Origin: Gnetum montanum
Lineage: Eukaryota; Plantae; Gnetophyta
Assembly: GCA_015680685.1 (NCBI GenBank)
Contig: MNCI01000248.1
Location: 22,811 to 86,810 of the forward strand
Direction of reading: 5' to 3'
DNA length: 64,000 nt
The notes under the pieces are model-generated. The model ran no database searches. It was not told the origin of the DNA and saw only the letters and a program-made list of their open reading frames with translations. Below are positions 12,360 through 24,949 of the stretch, piece after piece; positions within the stretch are counted from its first letter, which is position 1; each line of letters begins with the position of its first letter. A program made the position numbers and the translations under genes.

Positions 12360-13950
12360 TAGGATTCACACAATTGATTAGAGTTGACACAGTGGGGAAA
12401 TTTATAAGTTGTGGTTAATTTATAAGGAGTTTTCCCACTATGGTACTTATGACCATAAGATGGTATGAAAGGATCAACATGTCTCCCCATGTGGCTATAT
12501 TCATTAGGCCCCATGGTTGTTGGAGTATTGAGTGGTGGCTCTGATAAGGTAACATGAGCTGTTGGGTTTGAGGAGAAAGATGTATCATAGTTTTGGACTT
12601 GTGTTGAGTTGAAACATACGATGGTTTTTGAAATATAGTGTCCATTTCTACGGTTATGTATAAAGAAGGGATGCCTTTGATGTTGTAGAGGGTTTCCACT
12701 ACTGTTGATAGTAGAAGCACAAGTAATGTTCATGGGTTGATGCTATGGTGCAAATCCTTTGGGCACAATTGGTGGTGATATAGAAGGAGCTGAAGGATGG
12801 GAACATTAAAATTGAGGAGAAGTGTAAGGTATCCAAGGTGGTGGTCCTATTGGAAAGGATATGGGTAGATGGTATTGAGGAGAATGATAATAATGTGGTG
12901 AGATAGAGGATGTTGACTTAGTTGGGAAAACATGATGTTCAACTTGATAAGCACTTAGGTTTGGATGGTATGAAGGGTGTAACCAATTTGGGGATGGCCT
13001 CCCCCATGACTAGGATTGTTGCCACTGTGATTGAACATAGTATTTCTACACGAACTCTAGATGTAACATTCTTCCCCAATGCTCATGTAAATGTGACAAG
13101 ATTGGGCATTGGCTGTTGGGGTGATCGTACAGGAAAATGTTACATTGATATGTATGATTGGTAGTTAAGTTCTTATTCTCTTCAACCCTTCTTTTCGATT
13201 GTCTAAAGGTGTTTTGTCCTGTTTCTTGGTTTTTCATAACTCTATCTCCAATAATGTTGGCATATTCTCTACATTTTTCATGTATCCATTCCATCATCCT
13301 ATTGATCTTTGCCTCAACTTCATCCAATAATTGTAGTACTGGCAAAGATGGTTACACCTCCTTACGGTGAGTTGATTTCTCCTCTTCATAATCATGGGCC
13401 CTTGTTGATTTTTGGGCTTATTGANTCTAAGGCCATGTCCATGGGTTCATGTTGCACTTGTTTCCACTCTTGGATTTTTCTCCTCAAGGCTAACACTCTT
13501 GCATAAGTTTGATATCTTTCGTTGAATATTTCTACCATTGTTGGCCAACGTCAGATTGATTTTGGTTTTAAATACCTATACCATACTTTTGCATGCCCAA
13601 CGAGTGTCATAGGAAAGAGCTCAAGTTTTTTCCATCCATTATCAATGTTGTTCCATGCAAAGGCATTGTAGAAGGCTTGTAAATGTTGTTGTGGATCTAA
13701 TTCATAGCCTCTTGAAAATTTGTTAAAGTTTTTTAAATCAAGCCTTGGTAGATGGCTTTCCTTGCGATGCCTACAGAATATTCGAACAACCTCTTGTATA
13801 TGTATTAAGGTCTTAGTGGCCAGTAGGGGTTCATTGTCACTAGGTGAGTTATGAATTTGTGAGTTGGGATGATGTTGTTTTCATTTATGTTCATAGGGAA
13901 TCCCTACACCAGATCGAGTACTCCAAACTTTGTCTTCATCATCATATAAT
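12360..13950 (-). pseudogene. gag remnant of element B
   Basis: DPQQHLQAFYNAF..KKLELFPMTLVGHAKVWYRYL..WPTMVEIFNERY (~13510-13710) matches the retrotransposon gag core. A P/Q-rich region follows; boundaries are approximate. Confidence 0.8.
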
Positions 13951-14130
13951 TTGTTGGTTCTCCAATGAATTGCCTTACTAGTTGTTGTGTTATCATAGTC
14001 TTGTGAGAGAGACATGGTTGTAAATTTATGTGTGATTTAATTACAATTATTATTTTTTCTAAAATATATATCATTAATACTTTGTTACAGCAATCTTGTA
14101 TGATGTAACTAATCTAAATAACTAGCATCG

Positions 14131-14149
14131 TCCTCGGCAATCACACCAA
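14131..14149 (-). promoter_or_regulatory. Primer-binding site, degenerate tRNA-Asp type (Athila-like)
   Basis: The minus strand reads TGGTGTGATTGCCGAGGA immediately after the LTR, resembling the Athila PBS TGGCGCCGTTGCCGGGGA with CpG-type changes. Confidence 0.7.
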
Positions 14150-14858
14150 TTATGAGTGGCAAGGTACCCCTACACTCAACCATACGAATACAAGCATTTC
14201 ATGCATGATTTGGTAGAACTCTGCAGATGGACTTGTTGTGGTATCTAGATAGTTAACTTGTTGATCGTAGTTCACTATCCTTCCATTTGGACTAGTATTT
14301 TCTTTGTCACATATGGTTTAGTCTAGAGTTAGGTGTATGATGCAGTCCTAAACTAGTGCTACTATTAGGGGCAATAGAAAATAACTTTAATTAAGCTAGG
14401 AGGAAAAGGGAGAGAGAGTTAAGCTAATAGGATGTAGGGGGAGAGAATCTAAACTAGCCTAAGTGTGATGAGCATCTGTTCCTTAATCATCCATGCACAT
14501 CTTGGACCTCATGCATGACTACCACAGGGATTACCAAGCACATGGCCTAGATACACTACTAGGATGCTAAGTAGTCATACTTGAATGCTCGTGATTAAGT
14601 CGACTCATTCCATGTTTAAGGAGTTTAGGGTGAAGAGATATTAACTAATAAATAAATAAATAAATAAATAAAAATTAAATAATTAAACTAAGTGAATGTT
14701 GCAATGATGAAGTAATCTTGATGTTTATTTCCATTCATGTGCGTGTCCAAGTACATCACACTTGAATAAAGGTTTCGTACAATTACAATCATCACACTAT
14801 AGGCATGCACTGGGAGAAATGGTTGAGAAGAACTAAAAATGAACTAACTTCTATCTAT
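14150..14858 (-). repeat. 5' LTR of element B (truncated by the insertion starting at 14859)
   Basis: High similarity to 6473-7180. Similarity stops abruptly after ctatctat, where TGATGG.. begins. Confidence 0.85.
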
Positions 14859-17800
14859 TGATGGAAAAATTAGTATATGTTCAATCTTCTTATAGTTTAT
14901 ACCCTAGACTTTGCAAAGTCTAGCATTTGCTATGAAAATTGTAGGTTATCCAAACTAGTTGTAATAAATGGCTATGTTAAAAGTTTTAGGGGAATAGATG
15001 GCTATGTTGATTTTTAGATGATTACAAGGAAAAATTTGAAGATTTAAATTGGTTAGAATCAAATTTTGTAAGAGGGAAGAGCAAGAATGGACAAAGAATT
15101 TGGCTAGAGATCCTCCTTCTAGTGTTAGAAATTGTAACATTGGAAAAATTCAATGCTGGAAAAACTAAAATATTTTAGTAGAATAGTTTAACCTTAGATC
15201 CCATGGACCACGAAAAAGGAATTCAAAACATCTTGGATGATCTTGCTGATCACCCAGGGACTTAGAATACATAAATGATGCAAATAACTTTAATTTAAAA
15301 TGCAAATCTAATGCCATAGAAAACACAAAATAAACTTGAACTATAATTTTTTATTAAAATAATAAACTATCGTAGGAAATTTTTTTGAATAAGTACAAGC
15401 TTATTTACTTTGAATGGATCAAAAAGCTAAAAATATGGTGCTTGAAGCTTGATGAAGCTAGTAGAGTGTGTCCTGCAGTTAGCTATGTCATCTGGAGGTT
15501 CTAAGTTATGCTCCTAAAGCTCTTTGCTTTTCCTCTAGCATTAGATCTATGTTATGATGGTGAAGTGGTTACTAGAATTTTGGTTGATCTATAGTAATTT
15601 GAGAGTTTCATTGCTTAGCCTAAATGCAAATTTTCAAAAAGGTCCTTTTAAAGTGATCAAGCTTGGTTTATATAGGTCATTTGGTGTTTGATCCATCACT
15701 ACAAATTTCTACCATGAATGTTGTAAATTTTTTATGTTGTAGATAATTCAACCTTGGTGTATTTATCAAATTTAGCAAGTTTTGCCAATGAAGGCCATCA
15801 TAAATATGTTGCCTTACACATAAATACACTATTTTCCACATAAATACAATGGCCTTAATATGAAAATTAAAGTCCAAAAATTCATACTCTGGCTATAGAT
15901 GGCTCTAGTATATAAATTACTATGGCATAAAAACTATGAAAAACTCAAATTTGATGACTCACAAGGCATTTTCAACCACTCCAAGCCTAGATACATGCAT
16001 GATACAACTTTGTTTTGTACTTGGAAAAGAAGGAAATCATAACTTATGAAGCATTTTTTAGCCTCCATAAGCTAAGGTATGTGAGATTATAGCTTATGAG
16101 CTATAAACTTCATATTTTGCAATGAGATATGACTAGATCCCTAGAATTGATCTCTTACTTATCATAGTCATATGGAGATTTCACTCTCCTTATGTCACTT
16201 TATACTCAACACTCTTTCACTATGGTAGAAAAGAGAGACTCATTTAGCCTTACTAATGTGAATATAAAGAGAAATGAAAATATATGAGGAGAGTGTGTAA
16301 GAGAAAGAATAGAGAAATATAGTATAGGAAGAGTAAAAATAACAACATACAAAAGGAGAAACAAAAAAAGCATGAAAATAAAAGAGAATATCATCCATAC
16401 AACTATCATGAGGATGGTGCTATGTCATAAAAATGGGACATGGCTAAATCCTATACACTATATGACTAAAAATGATTTCACATGCATGATGAAGTAAGCC
16501 CTTCCTATCCCACTCAATAATACACTCAATCAAATCCTGATATGAAATAATGTGATATAAGGTCACTAAAAAATCCCACTAGTTATGTAGAACACATAGA
16601 GTATAACAAGATAGATAGCATAGAGGAATAGGAAGAAATAGCTAGAGAAATAGCAGAAAATGAGATATAGAAGGGGAAATAGAAAAATTATGTTTAAGAA
16701 AAATAGAGTTTAAAATAAACTTATTATCCTAACATAGTAAACAACAAACTGATGCTAGGAGAATACTCCTTCAGTCTCAATCAAGCAGTAGGTTTAGTGC
16801 TATAGCATGGCTAGAAGTAATAGTAATTAAAAAAGCTCTTATTAATAAGATTTAGAAAATAATGTCTTTCTAGATTAGACATAATATAGGTGTTATTCTA
16901 TAGAGATTGAATCACCTAGAAATAACTCTACTAGTTGGGTGAGAACTTCATATCTCTAGAGTTTAGGAAATGGCATAGTACTAAATCACCTTCATGAATC
17001 TCTTTGACTCAAATGAATTTGGAGTCATAACATGGAAGATTTGCTTGATATTCATACAAATGATGAAGAGTAGCCTATTGATGTTCTTCAAGAAGATCCA
17101 ATTCAATGCATTACATGCTATTGTTATCTTGATTTGAACACCAATCATGTAGAGCAACATGGAGAGATAAGATATGGAGCTAAATTGGTAAGAGTTCCTC
17201 AAAGTCATAGGTTAGAAAGTAAGGGGTATGAATGATAGCTATATGGAAAGTGATACGATAAATCCAAAGGGCATGAAGTCACTTTAAGTGCTAGTTATGT
17301 TGGGTTTTATCAACCATAATATGAAGAAAGAGTGCAAGAGCCATATTAGCAGAGTTATCTTGCCCATTAGATTGAGGGTAATAAGGTGATGAAAAGGATT
17401 AAATAATATGATACATAGAACAAAAATTAGCTACCTTCTTACTTTTTACCTAAGATCTATTATCAGTTACAATTTGGAGAGGTACATCAAAGCAAGCTAT
17501 GATATGATTGAGGATGAAATGATAGATAATGTGGGATTTGGGATAGCAAAAAGGAATGGCTTCTACCCACTTAGTAAAATATTTGGTACCAATTAATATA
17601 AATTGATGCTAAGAAAATGAAGAAATATTTATAGCACCAATTAGATCTAAACCCTAATTTTGAAAACGTCATGTGATTTGAGATATATTGAGCTCTTGTG
17701 AAGGACTAAGAATAAGAAAAATATGCGTCTAGTATGTATCACATGTTTTAACCATATGATAATCATATTTGGTTAAGGTTAGCCACCAATAGCCTAAAGA

Positions 17801-19145
17801 AATTAAACCTAAGTGTCCACTGTAAACTCTTAAGTGAACCTGATCAAGGATTATCTAAGACTCTATAGGAATAAGACAACATAGAAGAACATCCATGAAA
17901 GAAAATTGAAAAAGGATATCAAGGTTCATTAGTTAGAAAATATGATAACATTTATGTAGGAAATCTTTTTGAGCAAGCATAAGATGACTAGGAGTTTCCC
18001 TAGTTGTAAGGTAGTGAAGGAGATCAACATATTTCTTATTATCATAATCTATATTAATAGTGCTCACCAATGTATTGGAAGATTTCATGATAGGTGTTAG
18101 GTAAGTAGGCTAGATGAGTTGATCATGCATAGTAGTAAGAGCATCATAAATGGCTAGAGTTTCAAGTGCATCAGCTAGCATGTTCTTAGATTAAAGAATA
18201 TGGCTTAAAGTATGAGCAAAGAAGGAAAAATTAAGTTTCTTATCCATTTGAATGTAAGGAAGAAGGTGGGAAGCCTTTCAATCATAGTCACCATTAACTC
18301 GGTTTATGACAAGCTATGAGTGACTGTAAATACTAATAATTTTGACTTGATTTTGCAAAACAAGTAGGAGACTTATTATGAGGGCATCATATTCAACAAG
18401 ATTATCAGTACAAGGGAAATCAAGTTTGTAAGTTCAATAAAGAAATTATTTATTAGAAAGGATAAGGACACAATTTATACTAGATCTAAGGGATGTATAT
18501 ATTCCATCAAAATAAAGAACAATGTTTGAGTTCCCTACATCAAGTTTTAAACTATGTAGAATATTAGTTATTTTTAGAATGACAGATGAAATCAACTATA
18601 GGTTAACCTTTGATTAAGTGTTGGTAGAAGAAAGAAAGATCAAAATCTATAACAAAATTCTTTCATTGAGCTAAATGATGGTTATCAAAAGGATTATTAG
18701 CCATAATCTTAAGGATATTATCTTTGCAAATGATAAAGAACTTAGCATTTAATAGGTAGCACCTTCACGTTTTAAGAGTGAAGACAAGACTTAAGCAAAA
18801 TCTTTTAATGTTAAAATATATAGTCATATAATCTAAAATGGGATAAGATATGTAGCATATAGAAAGATCAATTTTGTATTCTTGTCATTGAAAAAGAATA
18901 GCAAAATTGGAATGGTTATACTTAGAAAGATAAAGATGAAAAGGTTGATCAAATTCTAGATGATTAAGAATAGGAAGAATATTCAAGGCTTCTTTGATAG
19001 AATTAAAGGCCTTTTGGCACTTATCTTCCTAGATAAAGAAAGTAAATTTATGATGCAAATGAGTTGAAGACTGAAGACTATTAGTAAGGTTGGAAATGCA
19101 ATGATGAATTGATTGAAGATAATCTTGAAAGACATGCATACCTTG
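14859..19145 (-). mobile_element. Element C: truncated Tat-lineage Ty3/Gypsy (putative 3' LTR ~14859-16210 plus 3' part of pol)
   Basis: Begins with TG exactly at the break in the B LTR. Minus-strand TATA-like cctatataaac at ~15670. Pol remnant at 16.8-19.1 kb. The LTR right boundary is uncertain. Confidence 0.6.
16780..19145 (-). pseudogene. pol remnant: RT end/RNase H, additional archaeal-type RNase H (aRH), integrase
   Basis: aRH YKLDFPCTDNLVEYDAL..IYSHS*LVINRVNG (~18290-18440). Integrase ILIGTKYFTKWVEAIP..VTDN..SSPYYPQSNGQ..HALWIYR (~17250-17600). Confidence 0.85.
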
Positions 19146-19659
19146 AACATCCTTAGGAGGTTTAAGATCTAGGATTATGGTACATCTCACTCACATGTAA
19201 GATGTATCACCTCAAATGATTGTTACTCATTCAAGGCATCTCCCTTGAATCTATGAAGATTTCTTCAAGCTTAAATCTTAGATAAGATATCTCTTGGAAT
19301 TTTAAGATGTATTTATAGATCCTAAAACCTATAAAAACCACTTGTAAAAAAATATAATGATATTAGTAGAGGTATCTCTATACTTGTACTCCCATCCTTT
19401 TAAAAGTGAATTTATATAAATAAGAGAGTAGGGGTTGAATTGATCCCCAAATTAACAAGTTTGGTCTTATGGATCCATATACTATCATTAGTGGATTGCT
19501 CTTTTTAATGAATTAAATACTAATACCTCTTCACTTACTAATTTTGTGAAGATTTCCTCGACTTAAGCATGATTTTCTTGCTCTTTATTAATGGCTTGGA
19601 CTACTCAATAGTCCACTTTAACTTATCAATGCTATCTTATATGGTCTTATCTTTAATTG

Positions 19660-22250
19660 GTCCATGACAGTATACAAGATTTGAAACATTAAATAAAAAA
19701 TACATAATTACATAATTTAATATGTTAATTTTAAAATCATTATCATTAATCTTAACATTTATTGTAAAAGGTTCCATCTTCTTGGCTTTCAACTTGTAGA
19801 AGTTAACACCTCTCAATCACATTTTATTAAAGTGCATCCAAATCAAGCTCCAAATAGAAAAGTTTGTCTTTCATTTAATTTCATTCCTCTTAAGGACTCT
19901 CCCTTTAGCTTTCTTATCAAGATTTGATTTTACTTGTGCATGTGGATCCCTCATCTCTTGTACAAAATTAGCACTTACTTGAGCTTTACCATTAAAGGTA
20001 TTTAATTTGTCCAACATCTTTGAACAAAAATCATAGTTCACCTCAAATAAATTTTACCAATGGTAAAATCAATTATTATAGAAAACCTCAGTATGAAACA
20101 ATAATATTTTCCATTTATTTTACTATTTGTTACACAAACAACTTAAAATATTCAGAAAGGATTTCTTTACCAACTCTATTTGGCCATTAGATTATGAATG
20201 ATATGCACTAGAAAAATTCAAATTTGTTTGTAAACCTTTTTAGAGGAACCTCCAAAAGTATCTAATGAAATTGGAGTATTTATCACTAATATTATTCAAA
20301 GGAATTCCATACAACTTCATATCATGTTGAAAAAATAAATTTTCCACATGAGAAGCATTACTCATCATTTTACATGAAATGAAGTATGTCATCTTGGAGA
20401 AATTATACACAACAACAAAAATAGCATCATTTTCACTCTTAACATTTGGAATATCACTCAAAAAATCCATTAACACACTTTTCCATGAATCATTGGGAAT
20501 TGAGAAAGGCATGTAATGTGCATCCACTCCTTTATCTTCTTCCAATCTCTTATAATTCAAAGACTCCTTCACAAATTTTAAAACTTGAATTGCCATATCT
20601 ATCTAAAAATAGAACTTACCCACAAGTTCCAATGTTTTATTCTTGTCCATGTAACCTACCATGCAACTACAATGCTTTTTGAACAAAATTTTCTCCCTAA
20701 AATCACAATTAGAAATACATATAATGTAATTATCAAATGAATGTTCATCTTGAATATGGTAATTCCTCCATTGGTCTATAATACTAAAAAATGGCTCCTT
20801 AAGGCTTTTTCAAACATGCACAAAATTAATATCTTGTTCATAGAAATCAACAAAATTACCCATACCTTCCACATGAGGTACACTGAAATTAACCATATGC
20901 ATCATTTACAATGCGTTACCAACCACATTGGTATTTCACTTTTTTATTTTAGCACAAACTTAAAGTCCTATAATTATGTAATTTAGTTCATGTGCTTTGC
21001 ACTCAACTTCTTTTGAGAGTTTAGAAATTGTAGTGCTTTGTGATTTGTCATCAAGGTGAACTCCTTGGGAAAGAAGCAATGTCTCTAATGCTTAATTAAT
21101 TAAATAATATTATATAAATTCTTCTCATATACACTATATTTTTATCTTGATTGATTCAACATTTTAGAAAAGAAAGTAGTATGTTTACCTTCTTATGAAA
21201 CTTACCACCAAGTGCAAGTCCACTTTCATCTACCTGTAAGTAAAAAACCTTTTGAAACTTTGGACTTTCAAGCACTAGTTCATTGATAATATTTACTTTT
21301 AGGAAGTTAAAGCTCCTTTGGATTTCATCACACCACCTAGAATCTTTATTTTTCTTCAACAAAGCAAATGTAGACTAAGAAATATCCCTAGAATGTTTTA
21401 TGAAGCTTTGATAAAAACCTGCTATACTAAGAAATAATCTTACCTTCCCAGTAGCCTTATAAGTTGACAAATCTCTAATAGCCTTTACCATAGTAACTTT
21501 CATCCAAATTTGATATTTAGAAATCACATGCCCCAAGTATGTAATTACTATCTTGAAGAAATGACTTTGTTTCACATTGATTACTAGTTTTTCCTTTTTC
21601 AATTTAAGATACAACATATGTAAGTCATTCAAATGTTCTTCCTCATTAGAGCTATATACCAAGATATTATTTAAAATGATAATACAAAAATTACCAATCA
21701 AGTCCATCAATACATCATGCATCAATCTCATGAATGTATAAAGTACATTTGTAAGTCCAAATGACATCACCAACCATTCAAATAATCCATATGGTATGTT
21801 GAAAGTTATCTTTCATTTGTCACTAGGTCTACTCTAAATTTGATAGTAAACACTCTTTAAATCAATCTTGCTAAAATCCTCTACATTGGTAAGGACATCA
21901 AGGATATCATTCATCCTTAGAATAGGAAACTTATACCTTACTATTATCCTATTCACTATCCTAGAATCAATGCACATCCTCCATTCATCATTGTCCTTCT
22001 TTGACACTAGTACTACTAGAACTACACAAGGTGAAATGGATTTCCTCATGAAGCCATTTCAAGTAACTACTCTACTTATCTTTGTAATTCTTCCCCCTAA
22101 TTCAATTTCATCTAGTATGATCTCTCATTTAGAATGGTAGCACTAGGAATAAAATCAGTCTAATGCTGTACATTCCTCCTTGATGGTAATCTATCTAATC
22201 CCCCTTGAACACCTTGGAAAATTTCTCCTTTAAGCCTAGAACATCTATAA
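19660..22250 (-). pseudogene. Element D: CRM-like (chromovirus branch) pol remnant, RT-RNase H-integrase
   Basis: RT SPCVVLVVLVSKKD..WRMCIDSR..YKFPILRMNDILD..FSKIDLKSVYYQI. VMSFGLTN..TFMRLM. Integrase SWKSVLMDF..IFVVV.NFSKM..ASHVENLFF..LYGIP..SD..F..YFW, ending FNVSNL (~19690). Confidence 0.85.
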
Positions 22251-22959
22251 GAATTTTATCCTACACATCATTATGGTTAGAAGTAATTGTTGATACAACA
22301 AAAAAAATTGAAAATGTTCTCATTATGATACTTATTATATTTTCTCTCTTCTATAAGGATTAAGAAAGCATTTAGTGAGCTTTGTTGCCTCACTTGTTTA
22401 GTCATCATAGGAAACAACTCATGGCTTCCTTTAGATCTAGCTACATTCCATATATTTCTTGCTTTAGAAAATTAAGCACCATTATCAAAATTTTAAGATA
22501 TACTAAGAATTAATTTAGCATAATGAATTGAAATAAGATCACAATTTATAACATATTGAAAATTTCTAATTATAAATTTCAAAGGACATTATTCTCTCAC
22601 CTATTGAGAGAAATCTCTAGAAAAATAATGAATCTTGTATGATCTACAATAAGGATTAGTTACCAAATCCAATCTAGAAAATGCCTTAGAAGAAATAACA
22701 TTTTCTTGAGCTCCCTCATTATTCAAAACACAAATCCATCTTCCACTAAGAAAACCTTTAGCTCGAATTTAAAGTAACAGTTTCTTATTATCATGGTCTC
22801 ATCCATGTGGCCCTTCTTGGGACCTTCATGGCCCTTCTTGGAAATAACATGAGCCTCCACATGACTTGCATAGTCCTAAATGAGGCCAACACAAACTATC
22901 AATAAGGCTTGCATGGCCCTAGAACGCATTGATGATGAGGGTTTTTCTAGTGCTAGAGG

Positions 22960-23185
22960 AGAAGGTGATGATCAGTAGTAAGAAGGCGATGTTTTATGGC
23001 ATAAGAAGTGATGATTGGTGATGGGGGTGGTGATGATTAGTGGTGTGAGAGGCAATGATTAGTGGCATGGAAGGTGATGATCGGTAGCATGGGAGGAAAT
23101 GATCTATAGCATGGAAGGCAATAATCCATGAAATAGGAGGAAATGATCCATGTCATGGGAGGTAATGATTGATAGCATGGGAGTC
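22960..23185. repeat. ~21 bp minisatellite (GGAAGG(T/C)GATGATC.GTAGCAT-like)
   Basis: About 10 degenerate tandem units. Confidence 0.75.
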
Positions 23186-23618
23186 AATGATCTATGGTGT
23201 TGTCGATGCCCATGGAGCAACCAAATAGGTGATGATCAATGACATTAGTGGATAACAGGTAGTGCAAAAGGTAGTTGAGGGTGGTCACAGTGAAGGGTAG
23301 TAATGGAACATGCAATAAGATAGTGGCAAAATCTGCTATAGGTGGCATGGAAAACATGAGGATTTTGGTCATTGACTAGAAAGAAAGTAGCACATCATGG
23401 TTGACCATTATTGCTGACTAGTGGCTTATGATCATTGATTCAACTTGCAGGTCCTACCATGGAATGGTCGATGGAGGCCCACTAGCATAGCACCATGGTG
23501 CTACTCATGGAAACAACTATTGTAGAAGGCCCTAAGAAGCAATAAATAATGGGCTATTGTAGGGCATGGGCTATAGCTAATAGAAGGCAACAAAGGGTGG
23601 CATAGGCCATTTATTCAC

Positions 23619-24693
23619 TATGATGCTATCAAACCTTCCTTCACTACTACAACCATAGATCTACAAGTTGGTTCACTCAAGGATACAATGCTTCGATGTT
23701 GGGTTTCAAGAGAATGCAGGTATGGGAACTTTCAAGAGATCTTGAGTGTTTGAAAATGCCACAAGTGTGGAATTGTAAAAAACTGTATATGCAAATTCCT
23801 TGATAATGCTACCCTTGCTTAAGATTTTGGAACTACCAAAGTTCTTGGATGCCAAAAGTTCTTGAACTGTGAGTAAAATTGTTGGAATCCTTCAATGATG
23901 TTTGAAGATAGCTTTTATAGGATCTTTGGGCCATGAATGATACTACAAATTGGCTATGATTTGGCTACAAATTGGTTGCAAATTTAGGTGAGATGGATGC
24001 TCAAATTTGGAGGGTTACTATACATGGTAAGTGCTTCCCCCCATGGCCATTCTATTACTATAAATAGTAATTGGGGCACATGTTCCACACTGAGCTCTTC
24101 ATTATGCTTGTTGAAGTGGTTGGTCAATGTTGAAGTGCATGAATTGATGAATTTCTACTTTTTATGGCTTTCATGATGGGGGATTGAATTTTCTATAGGG
24201 GGGATGAAGGCTCCACGCTAAGGGGAAACTTTCACACTAAGTGGGAAAAGTCTCCAGATTGGGGGAAAACCTCCACTTTGAGGGGCAAAGGTTTCTACGC
24301 TATGCATGTGGTCTCCATGTTGAAGGGGGAAAGTTTCTCAAACCCCCATCCTTCCATGTTTTGGGTAGGTGAGATCTACCTTCCTACATGTGTTTCAAGC
24401 ATAGAAAAATGTGTTCCACATATAAAACCCATCAAAGTGGCTTTTTGGCATTTCAAAAGGAATTTTTGACCCCTCCAATCCAAAATATAAACACTAGATG
24501 ACTTTTTTCACTTGGTGAATGAGACTTTGACCACTTATGAGGCATTTTTTAGTTCCAAAAGTATAAAGTATGTGAAATTTCTTATTGTGGGTTACAATTT
24601 TCACATTTACAATGAAGTTTTACCTCAAGTTTCATGGGGTGAAAGCTACATGATCAAGATTGGTCATAACATGAAAATTTTTTGGGTGTTTCA
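23619..24693 (-). repeat. 3' LTR of element E
   Basis: (ta)TGATGCTATC..GTGTTTCA, followed by the PPT complement atagcccctctttg. Minus-strand TATA cctataaaagc at ~23915. Confidence 0.85.
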
Positions 24694-24710
24694 ATAGCCC
24701 CTCTTTGTTG
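24694..24710 (-). promoter_or_regulatory. Polypurine tract of element E
   Basis: The minus strand reads CAACAAAGAGGGGCTAT directly before the LTR TG, nearly identical to the PPT of F at 36979. Confidence 0.8.
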
Positions 24711-24949
24711 GTGTATGGAAGATTGATGCAAGAGGCACTGACAAAGAACACAAAAAATCATTGCATACTATAACACTACAATCCATATAGGTCACATGAG
24801 AATGAGGCTATCTAGGTCACCAAAGTTTCTAGTTTAACATCATGGTGGGCCATGGTACCAATTTAAGGCCCTAGCAAGTTGTATTGCTAGTTTATCGTTG
24901 TAGTAGATCATTTTGAAAGGAGGCTCACTTGTCGATGATTTTTCAGTTG

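Larger units (their letters stand above)
6473..14858 (-). mobile_element. Element B: non-autonomous Athila-like LTR retrotransposon (LTR-PBS-gag-accessory/env-like ORF-PPT-LTR, no RT/INT seen)
   Basis: Direct repeats at 6473-~7180 and 14150-14858. tRNA-Asp-like PBS, gag remnant and second ORF. Internal AGTTGTGGGGG motifs (minus strand) at ~10630 and ~12260. Confidence 0.85.

Noticed and set aside
19400-19700. Chromodomain at the end of the element D integrase
   Set aside because: No recognisable chromodomain motif; the sequence is too decayed to call a CR motif either.
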